DNA of 64,000 nucleotides from a virus (Duplodnaviria; Caudoviricetes): IMG/VR virus record IMGVR_UViG_3300018012_000099; one strand, 5' to 3'. Shown piece by piece: positions 57,214 to 64,000 of this stretch (position 1 is its first letter; each line of letters starts with the position of its first letter). The notes under the pieces were generated by a model. It saw only the letters and a program-made list of their open reading frames with translations, ran no database searches and was not told where the DNA came from. The position numbers and the translations under genes were made by a program.

Positions 57214-57935
57214 TGAAGATTTGTACGAAATGTGGTCTTGAAAAAGATGATAGTGATTTTCCTCTTAGAAATAAAGATAAGAGGACCCGCCGTAATGAAT
57301 GTAGACAGTGTACCAAAAAATATAGAGAAAATTATTACGAACAAAATAAGCAAGTTCTGTTGGAAGGCGCCAAACAATATTACGCTGACAACAGGGATAA
57401 AATTATAAAAGATGTTAAAAATTATCGTGAAGAAAATAAAGACGCTATCGGTGAATACAAAAAAGAATATTATCAAGAAAATAAAGATCGAATAAAAGAA
57501 TACCAAATTGTTAACAAAGATAAAATACAAAAATCTGCAAATGAACAAAGAAAAGAACGCAGAAAGAACGATCCCTCATTTAAAATGAGAACATATGTAT
57601 CTAATTCTATCCGTGATGTTTTAAAAGGTAGAAAAAATAGTGGTACCTGGAAAAATCTTCACTATACCCCACAACAATTAAAAGAACATCTCGAACGACA
57701 GTTTGAACCATGGATGACCTGGCAAAATCACGGTAAATTTGATCCGACAACTTGGAATGATAATGATTCGAGGACTTGGACTTGGCAAATTGACCATATC
57801 ATTCCTCAATCGGATCTTCCATATACATCAATGGAAGACGATAATTTTAAGAAATGCTGGGCATTAGAAAATCTCAGACCGCTATCTGCTAAACAAAATG
57901 TGGTAGAAGGTGCTGATAGGATAAGGCACAAATGA
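57213..57935 (+). CDS. HNH homing endonuclease (paralog 3)
   Basis: CTKCG...CRQC; WQIDHIIPQS; KCWALENLRPLSAKQN. Confidence 0.85.
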   Translation: MKICTKCGLEKDDSDFPLRNKDKRTRRNECRQCTKKYRENYYEQNKQVLLEGAKQYYADNRDKIIKDVKNYREENKDAIGEYKKEYYQENKDRIKEYQIVNKDKIQKSANEQRKERRKNDPSFKMRTYVSNSIRDVLKGRKNSGTWKNLHYTPQQLKEHLERQFEPWMTWQNHGKFDPTTWNDNDSRTWTWQIDHIIPQSDLPYTSMEDDNFKKCWALENLRPLSAKQNVVEGADRIRHK

Positions 57936-58075
57936 TTTCAATTACAGATATGCACGGAACTATTCATAACTCTTGCCCCAGATGTGGCGGGAATTGGAGA
58001 AGAACTGTTGATGGTTATAGTTGTATAAATAATGAAAATTCCTTCGAAGCAAAAAACATTGTATGGCTGCATTAA
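57932..58075 (+). CDS. Small zinc-ribbon-like ORF (47 aa; not in the ORF track)
   Basis: MISITDMHGTIHNSCPRCGGNWRRTVDGYSC...; ATGA-coupled to the HNH. Confidence 0.35.
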   Translation: MISITDMHGTIHNSCPRCGGNWRRTVDGYSCINNENSFEAKNIVWLH

Positions 58076-58287
58076 CTGGTGTTGATCTTCCTATGAATCA
58101 TTATATGTTGATTTCACTTCTGAAATGTGATGAAAATTTCTATATGATCTCATGGGAAGCTGAAAAGTGTGTGGTAGTTAAGCGCAAAAATGGAATATGG
58201 GACACTGAGGGGCAAGTAGAATTACCGCTAATAATTCCATTTACGATGGATTGTAAAAAGCTCAAGACGTATATCCTGTTTTCCTAA
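58063..58287 (+). CDS. Small hypothetical protein
   Basis: 74-aa ORF ending KLKTYILFS; start uncertain. Confidence 0.4.
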   Translation: MAALTGVDLPMNHYMLISLLKCDENFYMISWEAEKCVVVKRKNGIWDTEGQVELPLIIPFTMDCKKLKTYILFS

Positions 58288-58288
58288 A

Positions 58289-59266
58289 ATGAAGATACTC
58301 TACGCAGCTTCTAACAATCAGAATGCCAAGATCCAACTGGTTCGCTTTCTAAAAGCGATGGAAGGATCTACCCATCAGATTAAAGTGGCTGCTTATAAAC
58401 GATCCAGTCCTAGAGATGTGAACGTAGATTGGACTCTTGATTGTTTGCTTAATATTTACAAGCCCGAAGTACTTAGTTTAGATAATGATAACCTGAAAAT
58501 CTATTTTGACCAGGTCAAGTATTATGCCCCCGATCTTATCATCAGTGATTTAGAATATTTTACTAGTTACATCGCTAGCGTACTCAATATTACTATCTGG
58601 CAATGCAGTTCCTCCTTAATCAATTATGCTTTAACCAAGACAGAGAAGTATAATATGGGAGCCTTTAAATACTACGCTCATTCCATGAGTCGTGAAATCA
58701 AGAATAGTCAACGAACTCTCAATTTATTGGATAATTCTAATGGTAACTTTGTCTATTCCCATTTTGGCGACGTAGCCGACCCGCCACAGTTATCCAACGG
58801 TTTTGAGTGGGTGCGCCCCTACCATCAGGTGGGAAAATCTACTATTCCTTGCCAACATTTTGTGGTAGCTGGGCTCGCCTCTAACAATAAACAGTTATTA
58901 GGCACACTTGGACGTAACCCCGATAGCGTGGCTTTTTTGGACAGTTGTGCAGAGACTTATCGAAACCTTCAGGTCAAGGATATAAAGAACCAGGAAGAGT
59001 ACTTTTGCAACCTCAAAAATTCAGCGATTTTTGTGTGTCAGGGGCAAACCAGTTTTCTAGCAGATGCGTTCTATAATGGTAAATATTCCTGGATTTATCC
59101 AGATTATCAAGATTCTGAAACTTTACTCAATAGTTGTGTGTCTCAGCATTTAGAACTAGGTCGCATTACTAATTTGTATGATGAATTTGAGAGCCGTATG
59201 TATATAGTTTCTCCGCAATACAATGCATCTATTAAATATTTGCATGAGAGGATCGAAGAATTATGA
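58289..59266 (+). CDS. Divergent GT-B glycosyltransferase-like protein (MJ1255/GT28-like)
   Basis: MKILYA, PDLIISDLEYFTSYIA, YSHF, FEWVRP, VCQGQTSFLADAFYNGK. Confidence 0.6.
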   Translation: MKILYAASNNQNAKIQLVRFLKAMEGSTHQIKVAAYKRSSPRDVNVDWTLDCLLNIYKPEVLSLDNDNLKIYFDQVKYYAPDLIISDLEYFTSYIASVLNITIWQCSSSLINYALTKTEKYNMGAFKYYAHSMSREIKNSQRTLNLLDNSNGNFVYSHFGDVADPPQLSNGFEWVRPYHQVGKSTIPCQHFVVAGLASNNKQLLGTLGRNPDSVAFLDSCAETYRNLQVKDIKNQEEYFCNLKNSAIFVCQGQTSFLADAFYNGKYSWIYPDYQDSETLLNSCVSQHLELGRITNLYDEFESRMYIVSPQYNASIKYLHERIEEL

Positions 59267-59269
59267 ATT

Positions 59270-59896
59270 ATGAATTATGTTGCGTTAGATGTAGGTAATG
59301 TACTGGTGCACGTAGACTTCTCAATTTTTGTGCGAGAATTATCTAGGCAACTTAACATTACTCTGGAAGAGGCTGAATACTTTATGAATCGTACTCATGC
59401 TTTACATGATATGGGATTAACTAGGATGGAAGATGAATTGAGAGACCATTTTAAAATCAAATCTCCACTTATTATGATAGATTTGTTGAAGTCTTGGGAT
59501 AGCGTTATCGATCCTAATTTTGTTATCATGGAAAAGTTGTTAGTAATGTCAGAGAAGCACAATATGCAAATTGCACTTCTCTCCAATGTAGGTTTAGAAC
59601 ATGCTGTACAAATGAAGAAGATATTAAGGTGGGGCGGCTTCTTTGACAAATCTGTTAAACATCTTAGTTGCTATGTGGGGGCTAGAAAACCCACTAAGCT
59701 GTACTATCAAAGTTTTCTCTCTCAACATCCAGAATTCCAGGGTTGCGCTTATTTGGACGATTTACAAGAGAACCTGGATATGGGTGCCGAATTTGAATTT
59801 CGTCCATTTCGCTTTAGTTTGGCGGAGGAGCCTATTAAAAATTCAGTTCAAGACTTCAAGCTTCAAGAAATTGAGAGCTTTATTCTAGGAGCATAG
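59270..59896 (+). CDS. HAD-superfamily hydrolase
   Basis: LDVGNVLV (motif I variant), LLSN, RKP, YLDD..EN. Confidence 0.8.
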   Translation: MNYVALDVGNVLVHVDFSIFVRELSRQLNITLEEAEYFMNRTHALHDMGLTRMEDELRDHFKIKSPLIMIDLLKSWDSVIDPNFVIMEKLLVMSEKHNMQIALLSNVGLEHAVQMKKILRWGGFFDKSVKHLSCYVGARKPTKLYYQSFLSQHPEFQGCAYLDDLQENLDMGAEFEFRPFRFSLAEEPIKNSVQDFKLQEIESFILGA

Positions 59897-59956
59897 TAAA
59901 AATAGCTATCGGCACTGATATATTTATTCTGAGAGCCGAATATAAAGGATATAATT

Positions 59957-60454
59957 ATGACCGAGACAAAAAAGAATCCATTTCAGCAACCAGGCAGAGT
60001 GAAAGTTATCCAAGGCAGTATTCTGGCTCCGGAGAACGCGGGCTTACGTTTCGTTCTCAACGTTCACAATATGAAGGGTCAAGCCGAAGGACCGCTCTAC
60101 CCACTCTTTGAAAAGAAATGGAAGCAAGTCAAAGCAGATGTTAAGGGTTGGTACAACACTCGTACCGGACTAGGACATCACCCATATAAGTTGGGTTCTA
60201 TCAATACTACAGCTACCCAGTCTGACACATGGGTTGTTCACTTGCTGTGCCAAGATGAAGAGTTGAACACTGACAGTGCCGCGCTATCTAACTGCCTTAA
60301 GGAAGTTTGTAAGATGGCTAAATATGAACGTGCCACTGTGCATGTCTCTACACTATTAACTGCTGTGGTTCCAGAATTGGTAGATGCTCTCAATACCGAA
60401 TTAGTCGAACAGGGCATATCCGTATGCTTTTATGAAGAACCTGACATTCAATAA
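59957..60454 (+). CDS. Macro-domain-like protein (Poa1/TARG1-like, putative)
   Basis: VKVIQGSIL, FVLNVHN..G, YKLGS, VVHLLCQ, ALSNCLKEV...ATVHV: alpha/beta order of a macro fold. Confidence 0.5.
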   Translation: MTETKKNPFQQPGRVKVIQGSILAPENAGLRFVLNVHNMKGQAEGPLYPLFEKKWKQVKADVKGWYNTRTGLGHHPYKLGSINTTATQSDTWVVHLLCQDEELNTDSAALSNCLKEVCKMAKYERATVHVSTLLTAVVPELVDALNTELVEQGISVCFYEEPDIQ

Positions 60455-60455
60455 A

Positions 60456-60659
60456 ATGACCGTCAGCGGACCTTTCAGCAAATCAATGCCGAATCCCACT
60501 TTCAAAATGCTCAACGATGATCCTATCTTTGACGCCATTTGGGAAGTGATCAAAGATTGGGATATTAACGTGCCAGAATACTACCACGGTTACTCTGGGG
60601 CGACGGGCAGCCACGTTACGTTGATCTATCAGGCTATTATGAAGGCGCCTCTAAAATAA
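60456..60659 (+). CDS. Small hypothetical protein
   Basis: MTVSGPF...DPIFDAIWEVIKDWDI. Confidence 0.5.
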   Translation: MTVSGPFSKSMPNPTFKMLNDDPIFDAIWEVIKDWDINVPEYYHGYSGATGSHVTLIYQAIMKAPLK

Positions 60660-60913
60660 TGATTTGGCTTTTACTATTAACCTTTATTTGCGGCGCCGCT
60701 TATGAGTGTGGCTGCGTCTTCTGGGTACATTATTCGGAAAAAGGCAATAGTAAATTATCCGCAGTATGGTCTATGTTTAACGCTTTAGTAACCTGTATTG
60801 GTTTGGGCGAGGCGTTACATCAACCCCTGTTTATTATCGTGTACATGCTTGGCTTTGGTGCCGGAACCTATCTGGCTGTTAGTATTAAATCTTATTTACT
60901 CAATAAGGCGTGA
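60659..60913 (+). CDS. Small three-TM membrane protein
   Basis: Three hydrophobic segments; YMLGFGAGTYLAV. Confidence 0.55.
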   Translation: MIWLLLLTFICGAAYECGCVFWVHYSEKGNSKLSAVWSMFNALVTCIGLGEALHQPLFIIVYMLGFGAGTYLAVSIKSYLLNKA

Positions 60914-60930
60914 TAATCTAGCATTTCTCT

Positions 60931-61314
60931 ATGGTAACGCTTAAACCAGGGGATCGTGTCAACTGTCATATCAAAGACAGCGAAATCGTCGGTGCTTACA
61001 AGGAGCATGACGAGACCAAAACCTTTGAAGTGGTGGCGGTGGGAGATTATGGTTATTATCTCTTCGTGCCGCAGTATTATAGTCTCAAAAACACCATTCC
61101 GATAGACCATTATCGTCTTAAGAAAATGTGTATTGATTCGCGTTTTCTGGATGAAGAGATGATCCATATTACTGAAAATATGGTATGTGGTGTAGCGCAA
61201 CAGTTGGACGGAACATCCTGCGCAGTATGTCAGGAGTTCTTTCCCATGGCTGCAACAAACCAAGAAAATGGTACGTTCATCTGCTGGTCCTGCCGCGAGA
61301 ACCCCTATCACTGA
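60931..61314 (+). CDS. Hypothetical protein with C-terminal C4 zinc finger
   Basis: CAVCQEFF...NGTFICWSCR. Confidence 0.55.
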   Translation: MVTLKPGDRVNCHIKDSEIVGAYKEHDETKTFEVVAVGDYGYYLFVPQYYSLKNTIPIDHYRLKKMCIDSRFLDEEMIHITENMVCGVAQQLDGTSCAVCQEFFPMAATNQENGTFICWSCRENPYH

Positions 61315-61335
61315 AATTTATAGATTGTCTCCAGC

Positions 61336-61995
61336 TTACATGCCTACGTAAATGCGTTCGTGAGTCCAGCCGAAAGCGTTAAGAGACAGCGTGAATTGTT
61401 TAGTTTCAGCTACCTGTACTAACATTTGTTGAGCTATATCTCTAATTTCTTTTTGAGCATGTTCACTATTTCTGAGGTTAGAGAAATTCATGAAAGCTCT
61501 AAAATTCATCATAACATCAGCGGTTAATTGGTTGGCGTATGGCAGATAAAAACGAGCGCTTTCTTTGGCACGTTTTTTTGGTACCCCCGACGCGATGAGG
61601 CGAGCTAGACATTCATGATATTTGCGTAGAGACTCTTCACAGTGTCGAACTAGTAAGACTTGCTCATCGTTAGACCAGTCATCTGGAATGTAGAACTTAT
61701 CGTCTTTTAGCTCTTTATATCGGGCAGATTCGGCATTTATTGAGGCAATTCGATGCTTCAGAAGATGTACATGGGAAGCTAAATCCGAAGTTATCAACCA
61801 GTGCATGGAACTTTTTTCGAAGGGCGTTCCGTGACCATTTTCTGCCAACATTTTGAGTAATTTATCTATTCTGCCTCTTTTTTCTTCAGTTAACTCACGC
61901 AAGGTAGAAGTCCAGGCACTTAATGCATGCGTTTCGTCTCCACCATATGTACCTATCAACTCTACTTTGTTAGTGTGTTCATTTGCAATATTCAT
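61336..61995 (-). CDS. thyX: Flavin-dependent thymidylate synthase
   Basis: GHGTPFE, HLLKHR..SINAESARY, ARFYLP, NFRAFMNF..LR...HAQKEIR. Confidence 0.92.
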   Translation of the reverse strand: MNIANEHTNKVELIGTYGGDETHALSAWTSTLRELTEEKRGRIDKLLKMLAENGHGTPFEKSSMHWLITSDLASHVHLLKHRIASINAESARYKELKDDKFYIPDDWSNDEQVLLVRHCEESLRKYHECLARLIASGVPKKRAKESARFYLPYANQLTADVMMNFRAFMNFSNLRNSEHAQKEIRDIAQQMLVQVAETKQFTLSLNAFGWTHERIYVGM

Positions 61996-62003
61996 TTTCA
62001 ACC

Positions 62004-63041
62004 TTATTTAGTAATGACATCATGTGGATGAGATTCTTTTAATCCCGCATTGGTTATTCTGATGAATGTCGGGTTATCTTTGAGTTCAGATAAAGAATTT
62101 ACACCTTGATAACTCATTCCGGATCGAAGACCTTCTAAAAGCTTGGTTAGCACAGTTTCATAATTTCCAGTACATGGGACCCAAGCACATACGCCCTCAA
62201 CATGATTAGTTTTATGAGTAGAACTGCCTAGATATTCTTTGTGAGGAACATTGTTGATGTAATGTGTTTGTCCCGGTGCTTCTTGGCAACCAGCAAATAG
62301 ATTACCTATCATTACCATATCAGCGAAGCACAGAGCTTTGACCACATCTCCGACACTTTTGATTCCACCATCCGCGATAAAGGGATATTGACGTTGTTCG
62401 TTGGGATAACGGGTAGCTCTATCCCGTTCTAGCAGGAACTGCTGTGTTTTCTGTACATCCATCAAAGCAGTTAGTTGCGGTACTCCATTGCCCGTTTCGA
62501 TACGCGTGGTACACAAGCTGCCCGGTCCCACCCCCACCTTGACTATATCGGCTCCCGCTTCCCATAAACGGCGTGCGCCGTCACCAGTCGCTACATTGCC
62601 GGCGATAATGGTAACATCGACCAATTGTCTGATTTCTTGAATCATGCGAACACAGTGAGCTGAATTGCCATGTGCAATATCTACACAAAAAATGCGTACG
62701 CCCACGTTGTAGAATTCATAAAGGTTTCCGCTATCCTCGCTTTTAACCCCTACTGAGACGGCAAAGTGCCTGGAACCCCAATCATCGATTATATCTTCTG
62801 CGATAGCGAACTGCTGGGATGGGCTCGTGAAGCGATGTAGAATAGCTAGTCCTCCGCTGCGAGCCACTTGTATTGCCATTTCCTGTCCAGTGACAGTTTG
62901 CATATTGGCGGGTACAATAGGGTGTTTAAAAGTGAGTTTACCCAATTTAACTGAAATATCTACGTCGGAGCGACTTACAATCTCTGAATATTGTGGAACT
63001 AACAACACGTCGTCGTAGCACAATCCTTCACGAATTTCCAT
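62004..63041 (-). CDS. IMP dehydrogenase / GMP reductase family enzyme (no CBS domains)
   Basis: [39 protein letters not shown] (catalytic Cys), [13 protein letters not shown]; AGGAG SD 8 nt before ATG 63041. Confidence 0.88.
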   Translation of the reverse strand: MEIREGLCYDDVLLVPQYSEIVSRSDVDISVKLGKLTFKHPIVPANMQTVTGQEMAIQVARSGGLAILHRFTSPSQQFAIAEDIIDDWGSRHFAVSVGVKSEDSGNLYEFYNVGVRIFCVDIAHGNSAHCVRMIQEIRQLVDVTIIAGNVATGDGARRLWEAGADIVKVGVGPGSLCTTRIETGNGVPQLTALMDVQKTQQFLLERDRATRYPNEQRQYPFIADGGIKSVGDVVKALCFADMVMIGNLFAGCQEAPGQTHYINNVPHKEYLGSSTHKTNHVEGVCAWVPCTGNYETVLTKLLEGLRSGMSYQGVNSLSELKDNPTFIRITNAGLKESHPHDVITK

Positions 63042-63196
63042 TATCATCTCTCCTGTCACACGCCGAACTATCTATAACATCGTTATATTTTCGCATATTA
63101 TCGTTGATAATTATAACCACAAATTTTAGTAAGGTCAAGGATATTAGTAAATGTATAATTTTGTTGATGAAAACAAAATAATTGAAGGAATTTAAA

Positions 63197-63454
63197 ATGA
63201 AAGAGTTCAAAATTATTGTAGGTGCCGACGCAGCCAACACGCACATTTATGTAGATAATCAGCCCATCGGTATGGTGCAAGATATTAAGTTCCACGTGGG
63301 AGTGGGCACAACTCCCGCTGTTGAGATTGTGTTTCCGGATCTTCGCGCTTTCAGTAATAGTGCAGCTAAAAAAGTGTCAGATCAAGTCGAATTATTGAAA
63401 GATTTGCCTCAGGTAAAGGTAACTTTGGCAAAGGTTGAGTTTTCTAAAATATAA
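63197..63454 (+). CDS. Hypothetical protein
   Basis: AAGGA SD; divergent from IMPDH. Confidence 0.5.
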   Translation: MKEFKIIVGADAANTHIYVDNQPIGMVQDIKFHVGVGTTPAVEIVFPDLRAFSNSAAKKVSDQVELLKDLPQVKVTLAKVEFSKI

Positions 63455-63463
63455 AGGACAATT

Positions 63464-64000
63464 ATGAGTATAGACATCTTTAGTGTATTGAATGGTTCTT
63501 CTGGTAATTCCCTGATTCCATCCAGAGATCCGGGTGCCATTACCGGATCTGCTTTTATTCAAGCTAACATGGATTTGATTGGCGTGCCGCGTGAAGCCAA
63601 CATACTCAACGAATTCTTGCACGGCAACATTCCTGATTTTTTGAGAAAATTGGTTCCCCTCACGGTTTCTGATGGAACCAACTCCATCACCTATTTGGTA
63701 ACACCAGATGTTCTATGCCTAGGATCTGATGCCGATTACGTCAGAATGCCTATGAATCCTCATACCGCCCAGTCTATCGCCAACCAATACGACTGTACTT
63801 TGCCCACCACTAAGATAGCCAATTGTATTTGGCAAGCGGCAGTTAATAGATTACCGCCAGCACCCTGGGGACCACCTTATGATGGTGATATGCAAAAGAC
63901 TTATCGCATTGGTGTGCATCACACCACTATCAATAATCAGCTAATAGGCAAAGATCCACATGCCCTGATTTCAGGACATAAGAAAGATATTGTGCTCACT
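63464..64000 (+). CDS. Conserved hypothetical protein, 3'-truncated (not in the ORF track)
   Basis: AAGGA SD; 179 open codons to the window end: MSIDIFS...GNIPDFLR...PDVLCLGSDADYVRMP...LPTTKI...ISGHKKDIVLT. Confidence 0.65.
   Translation, partial: MSIDIFSVLNGSSGNSLIPSRDPGAITGSAFIQANMDLIGVPREANILNEFLHGNIPDFLRKLVPLTVSDGTNSITYLVTPDVLCLGSDADYVRMPMNPHTAQSIANQYDCTLPTTKIANCIWQAAVNRLPPAPWGPPYDGDMQKTYRIGVHHTTINNQLIGKDPHALISGHKKDIVLT

Noticed and set aside
356-63622. Numerous 60-175-aa antisense or alternate-frame ORFs in the track (e.g. 21008..21397, 56167..56694, 57072..57548, 60892..61311)
   Set aside because: They lie within well-supported genes, lack SD sites or motifs, and look like shadow ORFs of biased coding sequence.
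1-64000. Eukaryotic giant-virus (NCLDV) origin, suggested by the GT/RmlB cluster, zincless Nei and this HNH type
   Set aside because: Contractile-tail baseplate genes, SD sequences, overlapping operons, sigma-70, DnaB/DnaC and GH25 all indicate a bacteriophage.
1-64000. Stop-codon reassignment, as seen in some jumbo phages
   Set aside because: Very long ORFs and dense tiling are obtained with code 11; TAA, TGA and TAG all terminate genes at sensible ends.
1-64000. CRISPR array, tRNA or rRNA genes
   Set aside because: Intergenic gaps are mostly under 150 nt, and none shows regular repeat-spacer units or a cloverleaf.

Overview
A 64-kb segment of a large AT-rich tailed bacteriophage, most likely a jumbo myovirus. 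The call rests on contractile-tail baseplate genes, Shine-Dalgarno sites, a sigma-70-family factor, DnaB/DnaC and a tubulin/FtsZ-like protein; standard code 11 fits. Gene order: (1) a much-expanded baseplate operon (gp25-like, baseplate J, a 2391-aa LamG-rich wedge protein, a 1349-aa protein with a split dockerin-like pair); (2) a sugar-modification cluster (GT4, SAM methyltransferase, two GT2, RmlB) with a zincless Fpg/Nei and an envelope-spanning membrane protein; (3) a tubulin followed by four tandem Sm/Hfq-like small proteins; (4) a GH25 endolysin; (5) a replication module (SF2 helicase, DnaC, DnaB); (6) FmdB/HNH pairs, sigma factor, class II RNR, PhoH and Met aminopeptidase; (7) a modular tail-fibre/RBP cluster with an oppositely oriented two-gene cassette; (8) accessory and nucleotide-metabolism genes (DEDDh exonuclease, GT-like, HAD, macro-like, ThyX, IMPDH/GMPR). 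There are six free-standing homing-endonuclease-like genes. The most striking unexplained signal is the tripeptide D-G-Y: I count 27 copies in seven + strand virion genes, encoded with varied synonymous codons, and essentially none in non-virion genes or the inverted fibre cassette. These genes lie next to a glycosyltransferase cluster, so this may be an undescribed virion modification or assembly tag. All annotations come from manual motif reading; no database searches were run. No tRNA, rRNA or CRISPR array was seen.
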